DNA of 40,646 nucleotides from a virus (taxonomy: Duplodnaviria > Caudoviricetes), in IMG/VR virus record IMGVR_UViG_3300017971_000130, positions 1 through 40,646 of that record; one strand, given 5' to 3'. Below the pieces are notes generated by a model that saw nothing but the letters and a program-made list of their open reading frames with translations, was not told the origin of the DNA and searched no databases. This document shows positions 25,154-34,927 of the stretch, piece after piece. Position 1 is the first letter of the stretch, and each line of letters begins with the position of its first letter. Both the position numbers and the translations under genes were made by a program.

Positions 25154-25265
25154 ATTCGCCATCAGACGCCCAAATCCACCATTTGCCAGCCGTTCTACTT
25201 TCCGAGTCATATTATATAGGTGATATCGAGATCGTAGAACTGGAGCCATCCTGACAAGCCATTTT
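25154..25265 (+). repeat. Dispersed element, copy B (core 25203-25234)
   Basis: TTTCCGAGTCATATTATATAGGTGATATCGAGATCGTAGAA...ATCCTGACAAGCCATTTT; highly similar to copy A. Confidence 0.8.
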
Positions 25266-25268
25266 CGA

Positions 25269-25625
25269 CTAAAAGCCGAATAAAAAGCCGAATAGTAGAA
25301 TGGCTATAAAATAACCAACATAATCCAGAAAAAGGTCTGCTGGATCGAATAAGCCTTCAGAAGTAAATATCCATTTGCTAAATTTCGACCAGCCAAGGAT
25401 TCTTTCTTCATCATTATATAGAACTTTTTTAGTGTCCCATAGCTCCATTAAGAATGGGAAGGTGACCAAAAGCATAACTGCCAAAAAGATTGTGAAATTG
25501 ATAAAGAATCCACCAACTTCAGAAGGAGCAGAACCGATGTAAGCTAACAATAGAAAGCAAACAATGAAACCACGTACAATATGCCACTTGCTCCATTTAT
25601 CCTTAAATACTTTTTTCCAATCCAT
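25269..25625 (-). CDS. Three-TM membrane protein (lysis region)
   Basis: Three hydrophobic segments; SD AGGAG; follows the amidase gene. Confidence 0.7.
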   Translation of the reverse strand: MDWKKVFKDKWSKWHIVRGFIVCFLLLAYIGSAPSEVGGFFINFTIFLAVMLLVTFPFLMELWDTKKVLYNDEERILGWSKFSKWIFTSEGLFDPADLFLDYVGYFIAILLFGFLFGF

Positions 25626-25644
25626 TACGTTCTCCTAATTAAGT

Positions 25645-26127
25645 TTAACATGTGTAAATATCATTAATAAATTTAGTCCATGGGAAACCATTGCCCGGAT
25701 CATATTTCCTTTCAGGATCAAGGAAACTATGTTTAAAAATCCTATCTTTCTCAATATCAAATTTTCCCACCCATGATTTAACAAGAGAAACACCAGCTTT
25801 ATATTGAGCTGGGGATATATAAGGCTTATCAATAGCTGATAAAAAAGTTTCATAAGTATGCAATCCTGCAACTAAAAATTCAACACCTAAAGAGTTTACA
25901 TTATATCCCTTACAATGCCAAGCTCCTTGATTATCTGATCTACTTCTAATGATAACTCCAGTTGGAGTTATGAAAGCATGGACGGACAATTCAAGTTGTT
26001 CAAGCCAATTCGGAGCATAAAAATCAATCTCATCATTATCTATAATTTCACCCATGGAATGAATAATGATTTTATTAGGCTCATTAGAGTTGCCGCCAAA
26101 ATAATTTGGCATTTGTGCTTTAATCAT
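25645..26127 (-). CDS. Endolysin, N-acetylmuramoyl-L-alanine amidase (Amidase_2)
   Basis: IIIHS, SVHAFI, AWHC, SLGVEF, KHS and KYDPG motifs. Confidence 0.92.
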   Translation of the reverse strand: MIKAQMPNYFGGNSNEPNKIIIHSMGEIIDNDEIDFYAPNWLEQLELSVHAFITPTGVIIRSRSDNQGAWHCKGYNVNSLGVEFLVAGLHTYETFLSAIDKPYISPAQYKAGVSLVKSWVGKFDIEKDRIFKHSFLDPERKYDPGNGFPWTKFINDIYTC

Positions 26128-26339
26128 TCAAAAAGCTCCTTAGATATTTTTTCTGCCAATGTATTACTCGAAGAAATCATTTCAGAGCCAGATATTCTGG
26201 TGTCATATTTCTTTAACTCATTATAGACTTCTCTGGCTATAATTGATACCGCTATCGCCTTCACTTCTGTATTCTCACGAAAGATTTCACGGACGCATTT
26301 CTTACAGGTGTTCCATTTTTTTAACCATCTATCTGGCAT
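26124..26339 (-). CDS. Hypothetical protein (71 aa)
   Basis: Overlap-coupled between the HNH and amidase genes. Confidence 0.55.
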   Translation of the reverse strand: MPDRWLKKWNTCKKCVREIFRENTEVKAIAVSIIAREVYNELKKYDTRISGSEMISSSNTLAEKISKELFE

Positions 26340-26622
26340 TACTTTTTTTCCGGTTTGTTTTACGGGATACGATTCTCAAATTACTTTTGGCATTAGTGCC
26401 GCCTTTAGACAAAGGAATTATATGATCCACTTCTCTTGGATCACCAGTTTTTAATCCCATAATCTTTCGGGCTTGCTTCCGCATGACTCGAAATTTTATC
26501 TGTTCAGGCTTGCCGTGAAAATTAGCATATTCCTTCTTGTAATCCCGTTTAGCTTTCTTCTTTTTTGATCCTGATTTTCTGGACTTTTTCAATTCCCCTG
26601 CTCCCAAAGTAGAATGTAACAA
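26329..26622 (-). CDS. HNH endonuclease (start may be TTG at 26592)
   Basis: RDYKKEY...EVDHIIPLSKGGTNAKSNLRIVSRKTNR. Confidence 0.85.
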   Translation of the reverse strand: MLHSTLGAGELKKSRKSGSKKKKAKRDYKKEYANFHGKPEQIKFRVMRKQARKIMGLKTGDPREVDHIIPLSKGGTNAKSNLRIVSRKTNRKKSNAR

Positions 26623-27004
26623 CCGTAACCATTATAGTAGTAAAGAAGCCAATCCAATCATCCACTAATGCTTGCATATCTGGCTCTACAGCGAAGATTG
26701 TGACATAGGCAAGTAAAGTAACGGCTAACACGAGAAAAGCCATTACAAGTGGTCTGATGTTCTTAGACAGCCAACTATCTGACATCATATCGGTCTTGTG
26801 GCGTTCCGTGATTTCTTTTTCGTATTGGTGTAGAAGTTCTAACTGCTCTGCTTCCAATTCATTAAAAGTCTTTTGTAGCTCTATTTTAGCCTGATCTCTT
26901 TCTTCATCAGTGGTGATGACATTATCAAGTAATCCGGTAACAGAGTCAACTGCTTTAGATATTCCACCGGAAAAAAGGCTGGTGATGTTATCAAAAATTC
27001 CCAT
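26549..27004 (-). CDS. Holin, 3TM (GTA-type) family
   Basis: TTDEER, SDSWLSKNIRPL, TM helices, FYFGSRGIEK; ATG at 27004 after AAGGAG. Confidence 0.82.
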   Translation of the reverse strand: MGIFDNITSLFSGGISKAVDSVTGLLDNVITTDEERDQAKIELQKTFNELEAEQLELLHQYEKEITERHKTDMMSDSWLSKNIRPLVMAFLVLAVTLLAYVTIFAVEPDMQALVDDWIGFFTTIMVTVVTFYFGSRGIEKVQKIRIKKEES

Positions 27005-27005
27005 G

Positions 27006-27431
27006 CTATTCTCCTTTATGAAATTCGTCAATCTTGTCGGATAACTCTTCATAATTTTTATCCAACTTTGATTCTATATTTATTAAGTATTGAGCATCTG
27101 CATTTCGCATAGAGATTATCTGATCCATTTTCTCATCAAGTGATTTTAGCATCCCTTTTTGGGCTTGGAAATCTGTATGGAATTGCAAATCAACATGTAA
27201 ATCTTTTTTGTTTGCATGCTCGTGAATTAAATATTTATTCGATTCAACCTGATTTTCCATTTTTTCCTTATCGCCGTTTTCAAAATGAACTTTGGAATTA
27301 AGCGGATGAATGAATACATTAAAAACAAGCAAGCCCAGCACAGCAATCCATGGAAAGTAATATTTCATGAATTTCTTATACGGTGAATCATCAACTCTTT
27401 CTTTAATTACATTGCCATCTTGATCTTTCAT
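27006..27431 (-). CDS. Single-TM coiled-coil protein (possible lysis accessory)
   Basis: One TM segment (WIAVLGLLVFNVFI) then a coiled coil; ATG at 27431 after AAGGAG. Confidence 0.6.
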   Translation of the reverse strand: MKDQDGNVIKERVDDSPYKKFMKYYFPWIAVLGLLVFNVFIHPLNSKVHFENGDKEKMENQVESNKYLIHEHANKKDLHVDLQFHTDFQAQKGMLKSLDEKMDQIISMRNADAQYLINIESKLDKNYEELSDKIDEFHKGE

Positions 27432-27444
27432 CTGAACTCCTTTT

Positions 27445-28020
27445 TTAAACAGGCTCCTCAGCTTCCCAGTCATCCGGATTCTCTTCCAGATATTCATAAA
27501 TAGTTTTTCTACCGGCAGCTGCTTCTTCTTCTGTTACGGATTTATAATAAGCATCTTCGATCTCTCCTGCTTGCTTTAAATCCTGTATATAATTCGCACC
27601 ATTAAAGGTAATATCACCAGTGGCAGTTTCCTTCCGGTAATTCAAATCAATTTCATACAATGCCATAGTTCCATCATTCGATTGCCGCTTGTTAGCAAAA
27701 GCTAATGGTGGAAGAGCCGTGAAATAATTATTATCTTGAAAATCTACTTCTTCACCGGAAATAGTGCCAGCCGTTTGGAATATTCCATCATTAGAATTAA
27801 GAGTATTAAATTGGGTCTGAGTCAGAACCAAAAATGCTTTTCGAGTTAAATTCTGTACAGGTGGAACTGGTTCAAGATCAACGGAATATTTTTGGTATGT
27901 AAGTGACTGGACTTGCTTTCCGTATTTGTTAGCAATTTCCTCAGCATGCCTATAAGAAGAAAAGACGATTGCCCTGCCCTTATAGTCAACATAATAGATT
28001 GTTTTAATTGGATAAGCCAT
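27445..28020 (-). CDS. Hypothetical protein, possibly fibre-associated
   Basis: Follows the LamG gene; SD GAGG before ATG 28020. Confidence 0.65.
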   Translation of the reverse strand: MAYPIKTIYYVDYKGRAIVFSSYRHAEEIANKYGKQVQSLTYQKYSVDLEPVPPVQNLTRKAFLVLTQTQFNTLNSNDGIFQTAGTISGEEVDFQDNNYFTALPPLAFANKRQSNDGTMALYEIDLNYRKETATGDITFNGANYIQDLKQAGEIEDAYYKSVTEEEAAAGRKTIYEYLEENPDDWEAEEPV

Positions 28021-28021
28021 T

Positions 28022-30841
28022 TTATAAGTCCTCATAATATTGTTTTTGCTGATCGTAATTATATTGAATTATATCTGCTACAAATCCAGATGGTAAAGCA
28101 GAAGGTCTGCCGTCATTACCGTCAAAATGATACATTTGAGCCATACCGATTTTTCCTATAATCCAAGCATTCTCATTGCCATTTGCTCCAAGATTAAGTG
28201 AATCATCATTTGTTGTATCGCCTGTAGCTGTTAGAGCAGTTCCCGATCCTTGTTCAACTCCATTAACAAAACATCTTAAAAGCGTATTCCCATTATCACG
28301 GACAAGGCAAATATAATTCCAGCCAGCAGTTATTGTTCCATAGTCAATATCCTCATTTGTTGTTCCCCTGACCCTTACTTGTATTTGACCAGATGTACTG
28401 CCATAAGCAATCTCATATCCAGTTCCAGAGCCATGAGCATCTCTATTCCCGAATATCATTTTATTATTATAATAAGTTGCCCAATCCTTTGTATCATCCC
28501 AGTGAACCCAAACACCAAGAATGAAATCAATATTAGCATCAGGTTCAAATATATCTTCCTTGCCAAAATCAACGAAATCATCCACGCCATCAAGATTTAA
28601 AGAAAATGGATGCTCGAGATCGTTTGTTTCGAGTGAGTTTTTTATAAGACCTTCATAGCCATTGCCCAAATACTCTAAATATATTTCGCCAATTTCAAGA
28701 TAAGCGGCAGTACCACCAGTACTTGATTGAAACCTTAATCGAGCTAATCCTGTGTGATAATGTACTTCATCTACTTCTATAGCATCACCAGTATTGGCAG
28801 GCTGATTTGAGTCTGCATATCCAAAATTATCTAAATACATTGTCCTACTTGATCTGTACTTATATCTAACACGATAAAAACCTGCGCCAGTATCACTGAA
28901 AATTGGGCAATTTAAATAATGATAACTTCCACTTGCATCAGTTTCAGACCTTTGTGCATTGTAAGTAAATCCATTCCCAGTCACCAATGAGTATGTTTTG
29001 ACTGTTGCATTGCTTGTTCCTTGCCAACCATCACCTACTCCGTCAGTATCAGTATCAACAATGTTTTCAGTATAACCTACATTTGATATCTCAACTTCAG
29101 TCCATTCTTGACCACCATTAGAATAATCTTCAAGATAATGATCAGCTCTGCCATTATCAATCTGTGAAGCATTTAGGACTTTTTGAACCTTAATGTATTC
29201 AAGATAAAAATAGTTGTTGCTTGTTAGTGGAAGAAATTCAATATAATTACCAGTTTTCGTTGCTTCGTTAAAGTATACTGAGTACGTATCAGCATCAGTA
29301 GGATGTGCAATATAGCCAGTAGGTACGTTGTATAATCGATTAGTTGCACTGCCATTATTTGTGTATAATATTTTAAAAGTAAGCTTGTATAATTGATCAT
29401 TTTCAAGAGTCGCTGGAAATTTAGTATAGCCGCCATTGCGAGAAATAGGTTGAGCAAATATATCAGCACTATATCTTGGAGCAAGATTTGTTGCATAAGT
29501 ACCGACAGCGAAAGTTGCTCCTTTGGAAAGATTATAAGCCATTCCAACTTCACTTGCTGTCATTACTTTGCCAATATGGATCATAACTTCATACACACTG
29601 CCAGCTAAATATCCGCCATCAACATAAGGGCGTCTGCCTATTGTAAAAAATCTACCTGAAGATATTTGGTCGGTTACTGTCGATATATCAGCACTGGCAA
29701 CTTGAACTCCGTTTAAATATAAATACATCATATTAGCTGTCCGGTCAACTGTGCCAACAACATGGCAAAATGTATTAGCAGGAATGATACCAGCTGAGCT
29801 ACTTGCGGTAACTTGATTGGCTGAATCATCACGTATTACAAACGATAAACTCTCGTCATAACCAATTTTTATATCCCATCCTGGAGTTCCATCGCCACAG
29901 CCCATCAATGATCTTGTGTCATTGCCTTGAGTGGGTTCTTTAAATGAAATAGCCACGCTGAAATCATCGCTTAATGGATCAATAGCATTTGTATCAGTGT
30001 TATCGAGATACAGCCTGTCATCAACTCCATCAAATTGCAAGCCATTACCATCTTTATAGATCGGTGAACCAGAAACAAGTTCATCTTCAAAATCTGTGCT
30101 CATCCCTACTGATATTAAATGCCTCCCATTAGCAGATAAATCTTCATTTATTTCAAGCCCCGTCTGCTCGGTTTCATGGTATGTATCATCGAATATCCAA
30201 TGGGCTTTTGTGTACTGTGGGTAATGAGCATTTACATACATGTGATCTATACTCATTACATGAGCTGTAATACCTGCATTTGGGTGGAGTATTCTTATAC
30301 TAACATTTCCAGATATTGTATGTTCAGGTTCAAGCCCGAAAGCCGCATCAGCCAAATCTGTCCGAGCTTCCCAAATTCCGATGTCATCCCAGCTTGTACC
30401 GTTATGAGCCTGTATTGTTAAGTCATGGCTTGAATTATGTGATCCTGTAAGGTGAAAGTATAAACCTATGTAATTCGTAGTAATCCCAAAGTCAAAGTCA
30501 ATATCCATGCCCGGTGTTGCTGATTGAGTTTCTCGGATATCAAAGGTATTGCCATTAAGAGCTGTTGTATCTGACAGTGCTCCATCATCCACAGAGCCTT
30601 CAGTTAAAGTATAGGCATCGGCAGTTTCATCAATAGGGTCTCCACCCTCAAATTGATCCATTGTATAATCATGGAAATCACCGTTTGGTATAATATTATC
30701 GCCGAGTGATTCAGCCATAGAGCCACCAAGCAATTGCATTGCTGGATTTGTAGCAAGCACTAAACCTTCTGTAGCAAATAATGGTGATACTTCGCTATCT
30801 TTTGAGTGAAATGGGTGCCCATGACCACGACCATTCATCAT
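28022..30841 (-). CDS. Large virion fibre/adhesin with two LamG (ConA-like) domains (939 aa)
   Basis: LQFDGVDD...HVVGTVDR...LYLNGVQV and LNLDGVDD...WNYICLVRD...CFVNGVE; other jelly-roll segments (IIPNGDF). Confidence 0.82.
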   Translation of the reverse strand: MMNGRGHGHPFHSKDSEVSPLFATEGLVLATNPAMQLLGGSMAESLGDNIIPNGDFHDYTMDQFEGGDPIDETADAYTLTEGSVDDGALSDTTALNGNTFDIRETQSATPGMDIDFDFGITTNYIGLYFHLTGSHNSSHDLTIQAHNGTSWDDIGIWEARTDLADAAFGLEPEHTISGNVSIRILHPNAGITAHVMSIDHMYVNAHYPQYTKAHWIFDDTYHETEQTGLEINEDLSANGRHLISVGMSTDFEDELVSGSPIYKDGNGLQFDGVDDRLYLDNTDTNAIDPLSDDFSVAISFKEPTQGNDTRSLMGCGDGTPGWDIKIGYDESLSFVIRDDSANQVTASSSAGIIPANTFCHVVGTVDRTANMMYLYLNGVQVASADISTVTDQISSGRFFTIGRRPYVDGGYLAGSVYEVMIHIGKVMTASEVGMAYNLSKGATFAVGTYATNLAPRYSADIFAQPISRNGGYTKFPATLENDQLYKLTFKILYTNNGSATNRLYNVPTGYIAHPTDADTYSVYFNEATKTGNYIEFLPLTSNNYFYLEYIKVQKVLNASQIDNGRADHYLEDYSNGGQEWTEVEISNVGYTENIVDTDTDGVGDGWQGTSNATVKTYSLVTGNGFTYNAQRSETDASGSYHYLNCPIFSDTGAGFYRVRYKYRSSRTMYLDNFGYADSNQPANTGDAIEVDEVHYHTGLARLRFQSSTGGTAAYLEIGEIYLEYLGNGYEGLIKNSLETNDLEHPFSLNLDGVDDFVDFGKEDIFEPDANIDFILGVWVHWDDTKDWATYYNNKMIFGNRDAHGSGTGYEIAYGSTSGQIQVRVRGTTNEDIDYGTITAGWNYICLVRDNGNTLLRCFVNGVEQGSGTALTATGDTTNDDSLNLGANGNENAWIIGKIGMAQMYHFDGNDGRPSALPSGFVADIIQYNYDQQKQYYEDL

Positions 30842-30853
30842 TATTACTCCTTT

Positions 30854-31135
30854 TTATTTTGTTGCTAAAACAACTGTTATTGAAGAAGCAGTTGTATTCG
30901 CATTTAAAACCTTTTTAGCACCGCAATCAAGCCAGCCAACCCAATTAGAAACTATTACAGTATTATCTTCAAGATCAACAATAGATAAATCACCCTGAGT
31001 TCCTACATGGATATTTTTAATCGGATTGCCAGCAGGTGGTGTATAATCAGTAGAACTAACATCAATTGTTCTCGGTAATCCTGCTGTTGTTATTGCGTTT
31101 AAAGCCGCAAGTGCATCCCCATAATGCCTGTTCAT
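30854..31135 (-). CDS. Putative head-spike base protein (RcGTA Rcc01079-like)
   Basis: IHVGTQGDLSI...WLDCGAKKVLNANTTASSITVV matches the YVG..G.V.V...LP..V.RV..TGTTA..I pattern; 93 aa. Confidence 0.65.
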   Translation of the reverse strand: MNRHYGDALAALNAITTAGLPRTIDVSSTDYTPPAGNPIKNIHVGTQGDLSIVDLEDNTVIVSNWVGWLDCGAKKVLNANTTASSITVVLATK

Positions 31136-31147
31136 TCTTTTCTCCTT

Positions 31148-31579
31148 TTATGGTTTGATATGCTGATCGAGATCAACATAATCAGTGGAAATAAATTTCA
31201 TTATTAAAACATCTTCAAAATTATGCTGAGTTAAATATATTGGTTTAAATTCTATCATCCTAAACATTACCGGATCACCAGAACTATCGTCAAAAGCTCC
31301 TGAATCCCTGTGCAAGTAAAAAGTTAAATCTTGATTTTTCAATGCTAAATAGGAGTTAAATTTAGTTGAAATATTTGTCTCTTTCCAAAGATTGACTTTA
31401 ATCTCGATTGAAACCTGAACGCCTTTTTCATAATGACCAATCTCACCAGCAACTTTAGATTTATTGATTATATTATCTTGCAAATAATCAATGTTTAAAA
31501 TTTCACAATAATCTATATTAACCGTAGTTGGAGTTGCTCCGTATTCTACCTTTGGTTTGCCTGTTCCAAATATGCTCAT
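31148..31579 (-). CDS. Putative tail-tip protein (Dit-like size)
   Basis: Beta-rich, 143 aa, coupled to the upstream tail gene; positional call. Confidence 0.5.
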   Translation of the reverse strand: MSIFGTGKPKVEYGATPTTVNIDYCEILNIDYLQDNIINKSKVAGEIGHYEKGVQVSIEIKVNLWKETNISTKFNSYLALKNQDLTFYLHRDSGAFDDSSGDPVMFRMIEFKPIYLTQHNFEDVLIMKFISTDYVDLDQHIKP

Positions 31580-32913
31580 TATGTAACAGCTCCTAAATTA
31601 ATGCATTTAAACTCAGTTAAATTTTGAGTGTATTTTTTCTTCCATCCTATTATCTGGAATTTATAACCATTTAAAGTGAAATTCTTAAAGAAATCATAAT
31701 CAATTCCTTCAGCAGTAATTCGATGGATAATTGTATTAGCAGGATCACTCCTAAAATAGTATTGCTGATCGGCTGTCATCTTTCCAGAATCAGCTGTCCA
31801 AGTTGTCCCATCAGTATCAGGATTCCTTACACCTGTTATATTCAAAGTAGTGCCATCAGACGTAAGAATTGTTGATGGGTTAGTGCCTAAACTCGTACCA
31901 AAGAAATAACAAGTCCAAACTCCACCACCAATAGTATTCTCGATAAACATATCCATCACTGTTTTGCGATCACTTTTATCATCAGAGAAATTTAGGTTGC
32001 CAGCTGTCCATGTTCGATTCACTGTAAAATTGGAAAAATTTTCCAACCTAAAATAGTTTTTAATCCCGTGCTCATAAGCAACAATATGGCTTTGAACTTT
32101 ATTTAAAGTTTGTAAATCCGTGCCATCATACCGATATAGTTGTACCAGAAAAGGCGTATCAACATTAAGCATACCGATCATAGAATTTGTATTAAAAGCT
32201 AAATAATCTAAAAACTCAACTAAGGAATTAACACCCCATTGCTGAGAGAAAAATGTCAATAATTGATGATACCAATATAGATCGGCAAGCCCAACTGTTG
32301 CTGGTGTTCCACTCGTTCTATAATCCCAGCTATGCTTGATGATTATATCTGATTCAGCATAATTTTGACCAGTACCAATTTTAAATATTTTATTCAAATA
32401 GAACCACATTTTAAAACACCAAGCACCACTCGGTTGATAAAGTGGATAATCTGAAAATGGGTCTTGCCAAGTCGGTGTTGTCTCATCATTATTCCAAATT
32501 GGCTGATCCTTAATTTTATCTGTTGGCGGTGATACCGAGAAAGTCACCACTCGATTAGAGTAATCAAATTCAATAGAATCCTCAATAACATTACCGGAAA
32601 AATCAAGACTTGAATTAAGATTAATCTCAACCAAAGCATTTTTAGCCGCATCTTCATTCAGGAAAAAATAATCAAACAACTCCATCTCAATATCAGATAT
32701 AGTAATTTCAATTTGGCTCGGCATTATTACAGGATCATCAAAATTGAATTCAACACTCGGCTCTCCGTAATCCAACACAATTAAAGATAAATCAGCTGCA
32801 TCAATATTATCATCTGAAGCCTGACCATCGATCTCGAAAGAGATCACAAGCTCCAAATCATCCCCATCAGAATTTAAAACATGGGTTGGAAATGTTATAA
32901 TATCAGCTGCCAT
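31579..32913 (-). CDS. Putative tail-tip/baseplate hub protein
   Basis: Immediately downstream of the tape measure gene; 444 aa, beta-rich; positional call. Confidence 0.55.
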   Translation of the reverse strand: MAADIITFPTHVLNSDGDDLELVISFEIDGQASDDNIDAADLSLIVLDYGEPSVEFNFDDPVIMPSQIEITISDIEMELFDYFFLNEDAAKNALVEINLNSSLDFSGNVIEDSIEFDYSNRVVTFSVSPPTDKIKDQPIWNNDETTPTWQDPFSDYPLYQPSGAWCFKMWFYLNKIFKIGTGQNYAESDIIIKHSWDYRTSGTPATVGLADLYWYHQLLTFFSQQWGVNSLVEFLDYLAFNTNSMIGMLNVDTPFLVQLYRYDGTDLQTLNKVQSHIVAYEHGIKNYFRLENFSNFTVNRTWTAGNLNFSDDKSDRKTVMDMFIENTIGGGVWTCYFFGTSLGTNPSTILTSDGTTLNITGVRNPDTDGTTWTADSGKMTADQQYYFRSDPANTIIHRITAEGIDYDFFKNFTLNGYKFQIIGWKKKYTQNLTEFKCINLGAVT

Positions 32914-34694
32914 TAAACATACCTTTTTCTAAGTTGACTTTGTTTCTCGTAGCTCTTATATATATCACCTTTTCTAATACGACTTTCACCTTCAATGCTT
33001 ACATTAACTTCACTGTTTTTACTCCTAACTTGGTTCATATTAAGGGCTTCAATTCTACCTATAAGGGAGCGCATTAATGCGTCTTGTGAAGCGGCACCAG
33101 CTCTCGTCTGGACTGTAACTCTCTCACCAGAATCGACAAGCATAGGGAATTTATCATTTTGGAATCCGTGTGGCACCGTGAAGTCTCCACCGCCTTGCAT
33201 TTTCTTAACTGGAATACCATTAAAGCCGTGTTGGGCTCCTACAGCCCCAGCAGCTGTGCCGAGAGCTGTTCCAGCACCCGGACTTATAGCATTAAGCATC
33301 TGAATTATCGCCATCTTAGCAGCCAATTGTACAAGTGCCTGTATCATTGCGTCCACCATATTAAGGACAATCTGAGTTGCCATATTAGCATTTTCTCGAA
33401 TGTCCTCAGTCATCTCATTCCATACAGTCATCAAACCAGAAGTAATTAAAGCTGATGCACCAGCTTCCCAAACCTTCTCCATCTGTTCCATGCCTTCTCT
33501 TTCAGCGGCAATTTTTTCCTGTATCCTTTTCCTTTGAGCACTATTATCAATTTGTTCTACGCCATCCCAGAATTTAATTCTTTGCCTTGTAAGCATCCCA
33601 TCTGCTTCTTGCCCATATCTATATCGTGCATCATAATATTCTTTAATTTTAGCTTGCTTTTCCTTTAATTTTTCTGCTTCATAATCTTCACCAAATGTAA
33701 GATTAGGAGCAAGGGCTTCACGTTGAATCATTTTTACTTTGCCCAATAATTCAATATAATTTTTAAGCTCTACATTCACTTCTTTTTGTGAATTCGCACT
33801 ATTTTTTTTCTCAGCAGCTGCTTTGCGTTCTTCATCTGATTGCTCTTTAATTGCATTAGCAGCAGCTTCCATTATCCCTTCGCCTTCAGACATCTTTTTA
33901 ACCCATCTGCCAGTCCAATCTACTGCATCAGAAATGAATTGAATTGCTGGTTTTAAAACAGGCATCAATAAATCACCAATAGCATCAGCAAGTCTGGTGA
34001 CTCCATCCCAAAGATTTGATACCATACCATTAAATGATTCTTTCATCTTATCAGTAGAACCAGCAACAGTTCCAGATGTATCTGTGAAAACAGTAAGCAT
34101 CGCCTGTCTAAATTGAGGCAAAGTCATTTTAGTTAAATCTTGGATTCCTGTTTTCATTTTAATCAAGTTTAATACGCCACGTTCTCTCAAAATATCAGCA
34201 GCACCAGCTCCACCAGCAAAAGCTCTGCCCATAGCATTTGCGGCATCAACAATATCCGTGCCCATATAAGCCGCAAGATCAGCGGCAACCTTTGTAGTCA
34301 ACTCGGCATCAAGCCCAAAAGCTTTCATCTGAGCACCTGCTTCAACAACTTTGCTAACTTCAAAAGGCGTAGTGGAAGCAATCTTTTCGAGCTTTTTAAA
34401 TACTTCAGCACCTTTTTCCGCAGAACCATAAAGATTGCTAAGTCGCAATTCAAGCATTTCCATATCAGCAGAAGCAGTAATGGCTGCCTTGCCAAAATCC
34501 AATACTTTCTTGATAGCTAAAAGTATTACACCTTTTTTAAGAATGGCATTGAATCCTTTACCAAAACCTTTTCCGGATTTTTCGCCCTCTCTCTCGGATA
34601 AATTTCGAACATTTTTGAAATCCTGCTTTAGCTGATCGTAATTAGCTTTAATAGCAACATATAATTCTTCAAGTGTCTGTTGTTCTTTCGGCAT
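32913..34694 (-). CDS. Tape measure protein (593 aa)
   Basis: Ala/Gly-rich and helical; ASTTPFEVSKVVEAG tape-measure domain; GMVSNLWD; C-terminal GGG...GERV motif. Confidence 0.9.
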   Translation of the reverse strand: MPKEQQTLEELYVAIKANYDQLKQDFKNVRNLSEREGEKSGKGFGKGFNAILKKGVILLAIKKVLDFGKAAITASADMEMLELRLSNLYGSAEKGAEVFKKLEKIASTTPFEVSKVVEAGAQMKAFGLDAELTTKVAADLAAYMGTDIVDAANAMGRAFAGGAGAADILRERGVLNLIKMKTGIQDLTKMTLPQFRQAMLTVFTDTSGTVAGSTDKMKESFNGMVSNLWDGVTRLADAIGDLLMPVLKPAIQFISDAVDWTGRWVKKMSEGEGIMEAAANAIKEQSDEERKAAAEKKNSANSQKEVNVELKNYIELLGKVKMIQREALAPNLTFGEDYEAEKLKEKQAKIKEYYDARYRYGQEADGMLTRQRIKFWDGVEQIDNSAQRKRIQEKIAAEREGMEQMEKVWEAGASALITSGLMTVWNEMTEDIRENANMATQIVLNMVDAMIQALVQLAAKMAIIQMLNAISPGAGTALGTAAGAVGAQHGFNGIPVKKMQGGGDFTVPHGFQNDKFPMLVDSGERVTVQTRAGAASQDALMRSLIGRIEALNMNQVRSKNSEVNVSIEGESRIRKGDIYKSYEKQSQLRKRYV

Positions 34695-34927
34695 TATAAT
34701 AAGCCCTGTCTTTTTAATTCTTTATATTGCTCTTTCAATAGCAGGTCTTCATCAGCAACTTCATCTTTATTCATTTTCAACTCTCCACCAGCATTGAAAT
34801 TAATCAAATTTAAAGCTTGATTTAAAATCAATCTATATGAATTAATCCCCAAAGTTAAAATTTCATAGTCATAATTAAACACACTTTTAATAAGGAAAAA
34901 TGACGTTTCATAATCTATGAATCCGCT
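34694..34927 (-). CDS. Tail assembly chaperone C-terminal extension (gpT-like), reached by -1 frameshift
   Basis: The -1 frame is open from the A9 run at 34927-34935 through the 34694-34882 ORF; no good SD at the GTG. Confidence 0.72.
   Translation of the reverse strand, partial: SGFIDYETSFFLIKSVFNYDYEILTLGINSYRLILNQALNLINFNAGGELKMNKDEVADEDLLLKEQYKELKRQGLL

Noticed and set aside
26329-26622. HNH as a mobile homing endonuclease within an intron
   Set aside because: It is a short free-standing HNH between intact genes, typical of phage lysis or packaging regions, with no split host gene.
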